Below are positions 25,901-40,900 of a stretch of 64,000 nucleotides of DNA, piece after piece (the stretch's first letter is position 1; every line of letters starts with the position of its first letter). The stretch covers positions 200,614-264,613 of the forward strand of contig NMRA01000412.1 in NCBI GenBank assembly GCA_002633005.1, in the 5' to 3' direction. Origin of the DNA: Phoronis australis. Lineage: Eukaryota; Animalia; Phoronida. A program made the position numbers and the translations under genes. The notes under the pieces are model-generated. The model did no database searches, was not told the DNA's origin, and was given only the letters and a program-made list of their open reading frames with translations.

Positions 25901-28900
25901 GAGGAAGCTGGAAATTTAGGATAGCCACCCGACAAGAGAATGGGGTCAAAGAAAGGTTGGCATTTGTTGAATGCATAAATGAAAAAGTCGTCTTTTCGTT
26001 TGAGTTTCTTCCAGAGACACATAACCCACAACTTTTAAGGAGTTAGTTACAGAAACGTAGCCAGTTCTTTCCATAGAAATTCTTGGACAACTGAGTTCTT
26101 AACTGAAACAAGGTATTTGTGAAAATAAGTATTTGTTCTGCAATCAAAGTTTTAAAAGTACAATCGATATCAAAATCCTTAGCGTAGTTGGAAAAGGGAG
26201 TTATTAGCGTTTCGGATTCCTAAAAGAAATCGGAAATACACCTTTTACTGGGTGTATAATTTTGGCAAAAAAGACACCCATTTGTTGGGAAACCTGTCGT
26301 GAAAAAGTCACCTCGTTGAGCGCCACGCCCCGTATACTTCGCCTGTGGGTGTACATGTGTACCTGTATAGGTTTTGACTCGGTGTTCTCACTATCGCCCG
26401 TAGCGTGAATACAAAGACATGCACACTGCAGTGCGAGAACTGTAATGCTTATCTAAGTTTTGTTTACAGCTGATTCCGGAAAAAGCAGTCGACTACCTGA
26501 GAAACGTATTCATGGATATGTACGACGAAAATTCTGACGACCGCATAGAAATATCAGAAGTAAGCATTTGAACAAAACTTCCAGTCACGATACACGCACG
26601 TGTACAATGATGGTGATCATAATGAAGCCATTAAAATTATGTTGAACCTTATCGGCAAATCTGTGTACTTATCCAGATATCAACAAAACAATAGATTTCA
26701 AATATATAAAAAATAATTGCAGGCAGTCTGATACACGTTGTACCAGACGTGCGCAGATTTTAACTTAATAAAAGTGATTATTTTCAGGGAGTGCAAAGCC
26801 ATTAATTGTCACGTGACCATGTCTTTTCGGTAAACTTCTTACATGGATTTGTCATTTACATTGACTCCTACATCTGCTAACGCACAGGCGAGGTCCAGAC
26901 ACCCCAGCCATTATTATGCGCAACGCTATATGCCGGAAGCGTCTGGACTTTTGTTCGGTCAGTGATAGTCACTCATACTGTGTTTCCAGGTACGAACAGA
27001 ACTAATCGAGTTTTGGGAGCAGGGACATAAAATGTAACAAACAACTCTGGCTATCGAGGAATAAAACCGCTCTTTGAAGAAGTACAGATTTTCAAGAATC
27101 AATGATTGCACATATACGTAGAACAAAAAATCAGCTCACTATAATTGAATTTACGCCTGCCAAAATAAACTTGCAATAGTCCCAACTCATATATATATAT
27201 ATTCACCACATTAGGCGTGTGCACAAAAGATAAGGAAATGAACTGTTTGGACTCTCTGAGTAAAGAGTTGACCCAAGCGGGTATTCAATGTAAATGACAA
27301 ATTCGTTTTATGTTCTGCAAACAGAAAGGTAAATTGAAAACAAAATAACAGTCAACAACATGACCGCACATTTCATTTGACAGAAATGTCTAAGACCAAA
27401 TCTCAAAAACGGTGTAACCGCTTCTAAATTACTATCATTTTCGTTTTATGCGGCTTTTGATTGTTTAAGAAAGTTCACGAAAATGATAAAAGATCTAAAT
27501 TTAATAGTCTACCATACAAAAGTTGAGCATTTGCTGACAATTTTTACTAGCGTTTTGAAGAGTAGTGCGTATAATATAGTATCTGAAAGTTTTGTATTAA
27601 TCCAATCAGCCATTTTCGAGATATCATGTTCCGAAGTTACCCTACTTTGGTCAATGGTCCTACATAACCCTAAAGCTTTCACAAATGCTCATTCAGTGCG
27701 TACAGTGAATTTATTGGTACTATCTTTTGCAAAATTAGAATCGAGATGGAGTTTTGTTCCACTTCATTTGACGTCATGGCTACTGGTTAACGTGAGCTCG
27801 CCCAGCAGTTTGTCAGACATGCTAGTTTTCCACGTGCTACAGGTCTTATGCAATGTTATGTGAGAAGACGTCGATCTAGTCCAATTTTTCTGCAAAATTT
27901 GGTGACCCGCAAGTTGTCTATTAATTTGCAAAAATACATGTAAACCGAGCTTGAGTTACCTCTCCCTTCCCAGTTCAATTTATTTGAAGGACGTTCGGCA
28001 GAGTTTTAATCTATAGTTGATTTTCAAAAATTGATATTTTGGTCTTTGCCTACAAAACCTACAAAATTAAAATGGGGTTTACAGAATTATTTGTCCGTTA
28101 TAGTTGCCAAATCAGACAAAATGGTAATTGAAATGCAACATCTAAATTAAATTAATGGTTGGGATCGTTTTAATTCCGTGTCAAGATGTCAGTTTTAAGA
28201 TTCAACCGTTTATCCAATTTTTTCAGTTTAGTGATTTTCTTACGACGACACAAGTTAAAGCTTTTTACGCGCTCACGCATACATACATGCACGTGGATGC
28301 ATATTGACGTAATCTGTGTGTAATCTATGTTGTTGTGGAGCGACGGATGACCTCGATATTTGGACCGATCCGACTACCGATGTGCCACCTAGTGGCAATT
28401 TTAGCCTTTACGTTTGCCTCTGTACATGTATGTTCGGAGTTCCATTATATATTTTAATAAAATTTGGCAAATACGATTTTGTCAGCAGACAACGACGCCT
28501 TCTCATTTTCGAACACATTCTGCGCCATCTTTACTATGTAGGAGTCCGTTTCTTGTCGCCCTTCTATTTATCCGTCAATCTGCTTGATAGATCAATATGT
28601 AACTCAGCAGATACGTTCTGCCAGGAAGACCACAGATGACGTCAATTTTCAGACGGGTACTGGTCCGACTACTGAACTAGGCACCCCCAGTGCTAATAAC
28701 GCTTTTTGCGTTCAATGCTGCATCACCTTAAATGCAAATGTTGTCTACCGACAACGGAAGACGATGACTTCCGGATGGAACTGCAGACTACCGCTACGTG
28801 TCCCAAAGCAGTTTTATTTTTCTGTTTGACTTTGTATCTCAATATCTTTGACAGATTTTAATGCAATATGGTGAATACATTTATAACGTGGGAACAGCGG

Positions 28901-31900
28901 AGCCTTTTCACTTTCGATTTTTGATATATTCTGCACCATAGAGCGTCGATTTTTATGATTTTTACGAACACACCTACATGTACAAGGCATACCGGTTGTG
29001 GTGTAGTCTTGTGCGCATTTCAACGCTTTGCGTCGCTCTGATGTGGATTTTGAATACATTAAACTTCACCGTTTTGGCCTCTTCACAAACAGTTGGCTAT
29101 TTTTATGATTCTAATCATCACCCCTATAAGCATATCGTTTACGATGTAGTCGAGGGCGCATTTTAACGCTTTGCGTCGTTTTGAGTTTGAATACCTGAAA
29201 TTTCAATGTTCTGGCTTCTTCTTAGCCCGTAATTTTTTAAAATATTTTATTTTTCTGCGCTCATGATTTCTATGAAATACGATAAATAAGGGATCACGGT
29301 TTTTTAGCAATGTAAGCTCAAACAGCTTCACATAAGTACGCCAATTTCAAAATTACAATCGCCTAGCTGCTTAACTCTTGATGGTGCGGACAAATGCTAT
29401 GTCGATGAGATTGTGAAATTATTTTAGTCGACTGCAACAATCGAGATTCTTTAATATATAAAAAAATTCCAACGGATTGTCAAATTTAATATCCGTCTAA
29501 TATCATGCCTAATTTCAAGTTTAATGTGACTGAACTGTAAAATTTGGTGGGGCGTACTATCATTTAAAGCCATAATTTCGGCGAAAGCAGTAGATGGGGC
29601 AATAATCGTAGGTACGTCAGTGTCAAGACGACAATGGGAAGTGGAAAACCATCTCAGAGAAGTTACAAGTAGGGTTGGCCGGCGTGGGGATTAAAACACT
29701 AGTCTAAGGCTGACCTCACTGTTAAGTGTTTACTGTTCCAATGTATAGTTGAAATCCGTTTTGTGTTGTCTTACCGACCTTTTGGACGTGAACTGAGTGT
29801 TGTACTTTGTGTTGTTAACATATTTTTATTTACCGCTTAGTTAGTGCACATGTTGCCAGTCGACGAAACATTTCAAGCGCTGTTTCCTATTGGAGCGTTG
29901 CCTTCAAGCGCTGATTTCATGAAGGTAAACTCGCACAGTTGTGGCTCTCAAATATTTCACTTGCATGCTCAGTAGTGCAAGGTTTCCACGAGACCGCACA
30001 AATGTCATACCCAGCACCAGAGGCAATGTCTTCTCGCACTACACTCGTTTGCACGATGCTGCCACTTTCTTGAGCGGTTGTTCATTTTCTAAAATTTTAT
30101 GGATTTATCTACGTTTGGTAACCTGAGTTTTATCAACACAGTCAACTTTATTCTAGAACTGACGGCAACGCAAAAACGTTCTTGTTGGACTGTTTTGGCT
30201 GTTTAAAACTTGTTTCTATTTATCAATTTCTCAAGGTTTATAGGCCTTCTACATTTTAATTATCTCTATAACAGATTCCACTGAGATCGTATTATTCACG
30301 TACGGGTGTTTACAGGATCACACTGACGTATGTTTGACAAAAGGTAACCATATATTTTCTGACATTCATTTCATGTGTTTTCTCGAAACCAAAATACATG
30401 GAAATAGACAGCGCACAGAAAGAAAATGGCGACATTTCCTTTAGAGCACATGCAGCTGTTATATGGTGGCTATGTAAATAAACTCTTCACGAGCTCTTGC
30501 TCAGGAAACACGCTGTGAGCGGACCCAGAATCTTAGCCATAGAGCGCCAAACGGATGAACAAACATGCAGGTACCGTACATGAGGAGGCAGTGTGGCCTA
30601 GTGTGATAGGTGCCCGCTTTCTTTATTCGAGGTCGTAGGTTCGAGTCCCACTGGACCACACTGCTATACCCTTGAGTCAGGTTTCTAGCTCCTCAGCTCG
30701 GTTTTAACTACATGTATATACCCTACATCAATAAAGCATAAAAATGGTTCCAGGTGGTCTGTGCAATGGGTCAACTTGCGCGGCATGCGCACGTCTGGTA
30801 CAACGTGTATCAGACCGCCTGCAATTATTGTTTTTCATATACACAACGGGAGCCTTCATGATTCTGCGTTTCAGTTGCACACAAATGACTGAGCAGGGTG
30901 CCCAAGTACTTCGCATCTAGATCCGCTTCTGCATGTGCTTCTGAAGCTTCTCTTTCGTCGTTTCTTAAGATGACACAATAGCAATAGGGCATGTGCTAAC
31001 CAATCTTCTCTCATTCAAGCTGGCAGAGATATTACCTATGGAGGAGAATTTCTTGTTTTTGTTCCGCAACGACAACCCCCTGGCCTCGAGCGTGGAGTTT
31101 ATGCAGGTTTGGTGATTTATGAAATGCATTTTTATTGTTCTAAAGTCCAGTTGGAACATAATTTATAGCTCAACACGGTGGAGGATTTACTATACATGTA
31201 CAGTGTATATGTGTCGCATGTTCACAATTGTCTGACTCTCTGGCTTGGACAAGGATGGGACACAAGAAGGCCGTCGTGGACCTGCTGTTCATGGCAAAAC
31301 GTTATCATTCAATGAATTACGCGTATTCCGCTTTGCTGGTCTATCACGACTGGCCTCCCTGTTGAATATTTAATGTAACAAGTGATGCCACTTGATGGGT
31401 GAATTTATGAGGGTACTTTTCAGTGTTTATGTACTGTCCTCAATATTTAAGCCCAAGATCCATCAGAGCACTTCTAGTCATTCTGGTTGGCATGGCACGA
31501 GTTACCAAGTGGCAAGACCGTGCGTCATAGTTCATCTAGAAACGCCAAACAAGACATGTTCAAATCGGCATTATGCGAGACTGATCAAATTAGTTCGACA
31601 AAGAGACAGTTTACGAAAACGCGAAGCTGGAGAACTTGTAAACAGCCTTTGATGTGTGCTATTACAATAACGTCATTTTTTTCGTCTGAAATTACAGGCC
31701 GCATGTGGTTACACTGGATGATAATCTGACCGGATATCACTATTAAGATAATGAACACGATGCGTGTCAGGCTTTTAATGCAAACCTGAAACCGAAATTC
31801 CGCGGTCAAAGGGGGGTGTAATATTCGTCAAGCAAACTTGCATATGCAATCGCTGGTTGCAATGAATGCAACTGCTTCTCTGCTTGAACTGATCAAAATA

Positions 31901-34900
31901 CGTATGCTCTATCATTTTATTAGTATTGCTGAGACACTAAACAAATTTTAATAAAATTGATACATAAAGTTGAAATGCGCTACATTTATTAATAGCAAGC
32001 TATTAGACGATATGTGTGTACATATTCTTTTCCCATCATGGTATTTTCTTCATATTTTTGACTATTATTGAACCCTTGCTTCAGTCGTGATATGACATAC
32101 AGTACAGTACGGAGACCTCTATCGGAAGGGTTACGCGTGTGTCCTTTCAGTGTATGACCAAAGAGTCTTCTTTGATATGAATGTTAGTCTATTGACATTC
32201 TTTTGTGCCAGGTGTGGAAACGATTTGATAAAGACAAAAGTGGCTACATAGAAGCAGACGAACTAAAGGTAATGGCATATTTCAAGTCTGAAGTTCAAAA
32301 AGAATCATGAATATCTGAATTGCTTGACACGAATACGATTATTATTCCGGATTTCACAGAGACACTCGAATCTCGCTGTATTTACTACATAGTCGCAATA
32401 TCCACCAAGCACTGTTGTAGCCTAGTTTTCGCACCATTGCACATGTTATTTGTTGTCGTATTCTCGGCTGCATTACTCTTTTCGTCCTTCCAATGCCAAC
32501 GGAGTATCACTGCTGTGCTGTGGGTTGCAACTACGACGGCAGAAATTTAGTTAAACTTGTAGATGCGTGATGTTAGGTTATTCGCCTTCTCGACCTGACC
32601 AAAGGCAAGAGAATACAAAGCGATATGATAAAGCAAGTTAGTCGGGTTGATTTTTAAGCCAACAGAACCCCTTCTTGAAGATACCCTTTCCAATTCTATA
32701 TTTTCAAACAGTTGGAATAGGGGATATTTCCAGGACCACACACCTGAACAGTTCCCGACGTTGACTTTTGAAATAGTGTCTGATATTCCAAAGCGAAACG
32801 GATGAATACAACGTCGCGCTTTTCTACCTCCGGGACAAAGGAGAGTGCTATCGCTATGTAATCCGGGAAGGCCTTATTATTGAAATATGCAGAATCGGTA
32901 GTTGGCTCTTCGATGATTGTAACGGTTTTCTGACTGTCACAGGATGGGAGAACATGAGGTCAATAATGTATTCACACCCTTCTGAACACGCCGTCTACTG
33001 ACAAAGCACCATTTCCCTCACGGTAAACAATGTCCTTCACTGTTGCATAAAACGTCAAATCTTCTTCCTGGATAACCTGAGTTTTGGCGCATTGAACAAC
33101 AATGGCAACGTGGCATACTGTGGCGTTATTCTTGTTATTCACTGTATTATATTTTGCATCAGCGCTGCCACGTTCATAGGTCGTTTGCCCACATGAGTCC
33201 AGGGACAAATGTTTGTACTCGAAGTGAAACTCGACATCATTTTTAACATGATCTATTCTCATTACGGCGTTTTCCCGTAATTTTGCTCCCAACTTGTTCG
33301 ATTCTATAGCCCAACAACAAGTTGGGAAGTTTACCCCTGTAGCCAATATGTTACACGACTGATTAACTACATTCTGGCACTTATGGTAGGAGGGCCAGCT
33401 CTCTTTTGTTCAATAATTGCTCTAATCTCCAATAAGATCGTATTTACCCTAACTGGGCTTTGGTGTTAAAAATAAAAGTTAAGTTATAACATAACTGAAC
33501 AAGAAACAATAGCATTTCTGAAATCTTCGTCAAATGGTGATCGTGTTTAGTTTTTGAATCGCCAAAATCCCCCAAATGCCACCGAAGTTACGACAATGTA
33601 TTCTTTCCGAATACATCAATTCACTCTGAGTTTGACTGTGTTCACGACACGTGGTCTGTAATAAACCTGGTAGATAATTAGCCTGCTTGTTGTCATAACA
33701 GACAAAAGAGTGTGCTTGGCAGTTAACAAAGAAGCTAGATGTTATCACACGCTCAGAACCCCCAACCGTCTGGTAAAGTCACTGAACGGGAAAACGCTGT
33801 CATGTACTTTTGTGTAAACTGAAGATAAATGTCTATTGTGTATCCGAGTACATCATGGTTTATGCAAATACGTTTCTGGTCCAAGTTTGCACTTGATAAC
33901 CCCGAGATTCCTACCACAAACTCGAGTAAAAACTCGAGATTTCGAGTTCAGATTCTAAGTTTTAGTCTTAATTCGGGGATGAGCAATTGCAAAACAGAAT
34001 AAGACAGTGACACGTATTTACACAAGTCACTACGTAATCTAGCATAGAATAACAGACACAAATCTCGAGTTCACACAAAAGTAGAATATAAAATGCCAAA
34101 ATTAATTTCTAGTTCGCTTTAGAGTAAAATGGTTTAATCCCAGGCCCTAATCTTTTATAGGTAACGCGGTCATTTCTTGAAATTCTTTAGGCAACCGTGG
34201 TCTATGAAGGTTGGACGTTCGTTTTTTTGAATGAATGGAATCAAGTTTACATCAGTAGGCCTACTAATATCCCCCTGGTACAAAAAAAAAACTTTGCCTT
34301 CGCAATAACGACCGTCTCAGTCACGCGACAGGATTTACGACAATTGATGAAACGAGCCTGCTCCCATCACCAACAAACTTTATTCGAGACTCACTGGCCT
34401 TGAGCCCTGGTCGAGATTATATTTATTCCTATTCTTTCGTCGGTTTATATTACAGAGCTTCCTTCAGTACTTATTAAAGGAGGCCAGGAAGGACGCCGAT
34501 GTCACCGAAGAACAACTTATTCAGTACACGGACACTATGGTTGGTTCCTGGGTCACTAATTTGCCGTTGTCTAAACTATAATTATTCTTTCAAAATATGT
34601 ATTCGTTTATGCTATGTCGACGACTGTGGGAACCTTTATATGTATTCATAGGTCGATTTGACCAGACACACAAGTCGACATTTAGCTCATAATTATTCTA
34701 TCAAGCTCTATAAAACAAAAAGTGTAGAAAGTGCACACATCCGAAGCACAATTGTCGTAATTTGTCTTTGCGGAATAGTTAGATTGCAAACTGTAGAAAC
34801 TTCATAAATTAAAAATTACTATTTATTTAGTGTTATAACAACTAGCACAGCTGTAGGCCAACGATATTTTTACCTGGTTAATAAGTTAAATTCAATTACG

Positions 34901-37900
34901 TTCATATCAAAGACAGATAAACATACCAGTAAGTTTCTTTGGAATTAAAGTCCGAACTCCACCCTCACTTATCGGACCTTACATGAAAGATTTTCAATTA
35001 TTAATGTCACATTTCATGGCGTAACTAGTGATATGAAATGCTACATAAATTATGAGAGATATCGGCAGTGATTTATATAATACCTTCAGTACCTAAAAGC
35101 TTCAAACGCCCTGTCCGTTTTGACAAGCCACGAAGAACAACATGCGTCAAAGGGACATTATTGGTTTTACTACCAGAAACGAATTTTTGTGGTTATTGTT
35201 GCATGGGATGGGCGTTTTGAAGTTAACAATTTTGTTCAGAGCTATAAAATATAAAACTGTTGTGTTTTTGAGATTTTATTACGTATTGTCAGTCTTTGCC
35301 TTAATTGTCTGCCAGAAATAAATGAGGACCGGTCATTTTATCAATTACGCATACGATACTGTGGGCCATTAATCTTGTCTTTTATCATATTTATCCTCTT
35401 CACTATCGTCATGTTCAAAATGCCTTATGCTGTACTAGAATCTACTATTCCTTGACTCGAAGGTGGGGGAACACTCTTGCTCTCCCGGTCGCCTCCAGTG
35501 TCCACACTTCTCTAGTCGTCAGTCATTTTCGTGGGAGGGTCCAAGAATCATACATGTACGTCTAACAATAGTCCGAATAGTAATGATCTCCGCGCCAAAC
35601 CGCGTTTTCATTGTACAGTACATGTATTCTTACAAATTGTGCTTCACAGGATTTCCACGAATTTGAGAGTCACTACAGTTTGTGCTAACCTACGGAACAC
35701 AAATTGTTACAACCGAGAATGACGACAGTTTGTGCTTCGAAGATGTGCACAAACTGTGATAAATTGTGGATTGCTACAGCATTTGCATTTGCTTCAATTT
35801 ATGGCTCAACAAATCGCTCGGACAAGCTCAACATTCTCAGGGCACCACAATATTACTTATTCTCTGCAATACGCACATTATCTCGTTGTGCCGCCTATAA
35901 AATAAATTAGTTAAAATAGTAACACGGAAAACAACGACGACCGTTTCATTGCGTTGTAAGCAGAGAAGTGATAGGTAAATGATACAACATGCAACAAATT
36001 TCATTTATTTTACTTGCTGGCTCTAGTCCTTAAAGTATACCAAAGCATGTGCCTCAGAAAAGAAATCTTTATGTGCCGAACCGTTGCATACCTGATGAGT
36101 AAGTTTAAGTCCCTAACTTATCGTTCAGGGCGTCGACAGATCGTCCCATTACCTAAAGCCATCGATTTAAAAGAGAATGCCACCCGATTTAATTAATATT
36201 TTTTACCGTCTTAAGCGGTCTATATCCACCTAACCTCGCATTCGGTGGATCTTACCCTCTGAGGTGTCGCGTTAACCTGAGTGTGAGGAAGGTGAGAAAG
36301 GACACAGCGACGTCAGTGGTTCTTCTGCAGAATGAGTGCCGCTATGGTGTGTTGTATGGTTCCCGCTAGTGCGAACTATGAAGCTGCGAGGAAAGCGGGT
36401 ATATCGTTCATTTGATTTCCTCGAGAGCCCATAATGCTTCGGAAGTGACTCGCGGTAGTGAAGAATGAAAAGTACGCCGTTAATACCAAGAATGTGGCCG
36501 TGAAACTTCTCCGTGTATGTCTGGGTTTTTGATCATGGAGAATTGTAGTTGGCCATGAAAACATAAACAACTACAATTAATTCAAGGCGTGAGAGCGTAC
36601 CGTTTTATATGACCCTAACCAAGTTTATATAAAACGTAAAAAAGTCTGTCTCATTAGATACAATTTTTAATGCCTTGGAGTGTTCGTGAGTGCAAATATT
36701 TTGAGAAGCCAGTAATGAATAAATCACTGCGTTACCGGCTTTAGATGAAATAAACTTGAGTAATTGACCGTGTAGCGAGGCCGTGTGAGCGCATGCTAAT
36801 TAAGTGTTTGCTAACAGAAAGCTGTTGTGAAACAATAACTCGATTTTATATCCTATGGTCAGATGTTAGAGGAATCTTTGTATAAATATTCATATAGATT
36901 ATTCGACGAATCATTGTTGCTGTACAACTTTGGCCCTGACGGGCTGTGGAGTGGAAGAGTAACCTGATTTAGCGGCCCCTGACGAGCTAGTAAGTAGATT
37001 TTCAGTTTCGCGGCTAATTCACCAAAATAATCACGTGCACATATTTTCTCTGGCGCACTAGTATAGTCTTTTCGTGACTGGAAGTTTAGTTTCCAACTTT
37101 GGCTGGTTTATGTTCGTGATGTCTTCAGTCCGCTCCGCAATGGGCATGATCGGGTTCCGAGCCTCTGGCCGGGATAGGTAGGCCTAGCAAGCATTTTGTG
37201 CGTTTAGAACTGAAAAAAAATCGCAAGTCTAGAATTAAAACACACGGCTATGTTGTCCTATCTGTATTTCACGGACGAATAGTTTGAATTTATCACCGAA
37301 CAGACCCCAAACTCCAGAGACCGATCTTGGTAAATTGACTTACCGAACTTTGTAAGCAACGGTACGTTCAAATACCCAACAGCGAAACAAAGTAACACGT
37401 TTATTCAAAAACTCGATGTATTTGTAAGGGTTTTACGTCAAATTTTGATGATTTATTGGTGTAAAACGATGAATTTAAGCGAGAAGCTGACAACAGTAAG
37501 CATGTTGTGAACTGCTGAACAGACTGCGTTCGAACCTCTGACGTCATTGGTTAATTTCAACCGGTGTCAGGTAAAAGAGTTGTACTTGCTGTCATTGAGT
37601 GGAACTACTCGATCTAAATTGATATAAACTAGATTGTTTTTGGGTGGCATTCTCCTTTAAATAACGCTGGCCANTTCAAATACCAAACAGCGAAATAAAG
37701 TAACACGTTTATTCAAAAACTCGATGTATTTGTAAGGGTTTTACGTCAAATTTTGATGATTTATTGGTGTAAAACGATGAATTTAAGCGAGAAGCTGACA
37801 ACAGTAAGCATGTTGTGAACTGCTGAACAGACTGCGTTCGAACCTCTGACGTCATTGGTTAATTTCAACCGGTGTCAGGTAAAAGAGTTGTACTTGCTGT

Positions 37901-40900
37901 CATTGAGTGGAACTACTCGATCTAAATTGATATAAACTAGATTGTTTCTGGGTGGCATTCTCCTTTAAATAACGCTGGCCAATCCTTGTAACTGGGCTGG
38001 TTCAATCTCTGACTTTCTTCTAACGGTAGAAACCAATTGTTATCATGACAAGTTTACAAGAGATTATTAACGTACTTCATGATTTCTGCAGTTTGGTCGA
38101 AAGTAGGAATATAATAGTTGTACACCAATTCACGCGTTCGTTACAGTTACAACTTTTCGACCGGAACAAAGACGGCAAATTACAGCTGAGCGAGATGGCT
38201 AAGTGAGTAGATTGAAGTCAGAAAGACTACACTTACATGTATAAACGTTCCCGATTTTCCCCTGAAGTCTACGCAGCGCACATTAGGTCACGCCTAAATC
38301 GAACTCTTCAAAATTAAATAAATCAAGTTATTTTTGTTGAATATTTAAAACGTACCACGTAATACAAAGTGCAATGGAGTATTAAGGAACGCTCATTCGT
38401 TCGGTCCTATTGGCGTTGAGCGTGGCTTTAAGGAATATTGGACTCGGTTGTAATTAGTTATTCATTGCAAACACAATTGAACACAACTCTCACTGGCTTC
38501 TGGTTTACATGTATATCATCAATTTGCTGATTTTGGCCACAGCGTCAAAGAACCTAGACGACTGAATGAGTAATGTACATTACTCTGGCTATTGTTGTCA
38601 AACTTATAACAAACATTGTTTGCACAATTTTTTAATGTACATGTAAGTGTTCATTTTCATGTCGTTCGTGAAAAAAATCTTCGATTGGACCTCTCGCCTT
38701 ACAGGTTATTGCCAGTTAAAGAGAACTTCCTTTGTCGTCCAATGTTTCGAAGCGCAGTGAGTATGAGTAAAGATATTGAGGGTTAGTGTTTTATCCGTTA
38801 ATTTAGCAGGAAAAGCTAGGCAACACCTTGCGTAACTAGAAAAGTACAGGTACTCACGAGTTACATGTCTGTGAATGAATGTGCTACTAGTTTCAGCTGA
38901 TGAAACATGTTAAGTTGCTTTTTTCAACTGGTTGTTGAATTGTTTGAGGTGTATCGGCTTTTGATCGGCACATTTTTGGGGCGGGTAACCGATAGAATGA
39001 ATCCAAAGACACGCGGTCTTGAGGATTTTTGTATTCGATTGCGATTCCTTTTGATGTACACGTATAACTTGCACACAAATGGGTTTTATTCAAACTTTAA
39101 CCGTTTTGGTTTTCAAATTATGATCGAAGAACTTTAAATCTCAAATACTTTATATTTTGTACTGCCACGCGCTTACATGTATCTGGAAGGGTGTGAGGTG
39201 CCGCCGCCGCTGCACCATCCAACGTACCAATTAAAGAACCGAGAAAATAATTACCCGAGGCAATACCGGTTTCGTCAAGCCTGCCCCCGCAGGCTTGCCA
39301 CGTCTGAATTCCTCTACCCACCCGTGACAATGCCACAGATACCACGAAGGGAAAATACATGTACCCGCCGGGAAACAATACCGAGCTAGTTCCAAGCCCC
39401 TACCAAATCCTCGTTTCGGGTACTGACTTCTAACGTACAGTAGTTCGAGAGCCAGTGATTTCGAGACTGAATTTGTTATAATGATACGCATATAACGAAA
39501 GACGCATTACCGGAAATGTTGGACGTAGCTTCCGTGATATTTTTGAAAGCTTACGATCATGCTGTTTATTCTAGGTGGACGCAAAAGTTACAAGAAAGGA
39601 CATTGATCGTGTGTTTTACTTGTACGACAGGGTAAGCCAATAATCTTCAGATTTTAATTGTACGGCTTTAGACTGAAGGTGCGAGGGTCCCAGTCTCTTT
39701 ATTCAGGAGACAGTCAGACTACAGTCTATATCTCCATTACTTTTACAAGTCGTGAAGACTCGGACAATTTTAATTTGGTTTTGTACATGTAAAAATCAAA
39801 TGGCTGTGAAATAGCCATGATAACGACGCAAATTTCTGATTTTTGCGAGCGCGTTGAATATGAACCACAAACACGTATCGTTGATTTCCCTCCTTTGTTT
39901 TGGGATTCAAGTGCGCCTAGTATAATACGTAGTTTGAAATACATTATAGCTATGCGGTATCATTGCTACTGTTATTACCAGTCACCAGGTGGCGAGACTG
40001 ACTCAAATGTTAATCGGCGCGCGCTAGTGTTGGCTTACGAACTGAATGTTATTGCAGGACCAAAATGGATCAATAGAGAACGAGGAGTTATCAGGCTTTC
40101 TCAAAGATTTGCTGGAACTTATTTATGAGGTACGTTATATAAGGCAGCATGAACAACACTTCAGGTTAGGGGGTTAATTTCACCACTTTAAAACATTTAA
40201 AGTGGCAGTGAACCTGTCTTAAGTAAGAAAACATACATGTATATTGATACCACTTCATGGGCGGCGCACCATAGGGGGCTGGGGTGGTTATAGCCGCACT
40301 ACAATTATCAGTGCTACACCGCACATGCCGTCTATAGGCGGTGCACCACAGGAGGGTGAGGGTGCTTTAGCCCCCCCCCCCTTCACTTTTTCCTGTACTG
40401 CGCCGCCCATGCATTTACCGTTTTAAAACAAAACACAAATTGTTCCTTTACTACGTTAGAAGGGATTTCTGTTCAAGAATATTAAGCTCATTAGTTCCTG
40501 AGTCCAGACTTAATGTTACTTAGGACAATGTCGATAAGACCGCGTATATAGCCAAACGTCTACAAAACTGTGCATTTCAAGCCAGAGTAAGAAAAAGTTC
40601 TTTTCTGACACTAGATAGCCTGTAGAACTTGATGTTTGGCTTTTTATCAATCTGCCAGTAATTGGATAACGTGACCATGCATTTTAAAGTAAAATTTAGC
40701 TTAACACGAAGATATTTTGAAAACAAAACAGCAGTATTAACAACATCTGACCAAAGTTTGTTTAATATAAATGTTTAAGATGTAATCTCAAAAATACTCA
40801 GTACAGTTGAGACCACCCCATTTAGAAACCTGGGCAAAAAGGTCCGCCCAAGAGAAACAAAAACTACGATAAGTAGAAAACGAGACAAAAATCCACTAAA

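Noticed and set aside
37367-37981. 307-bp tandem duplication
   Set aside because: The copies are joined by a single N (37674) and differ at about 3 sites: a typical allelic contig-overlap artefact.
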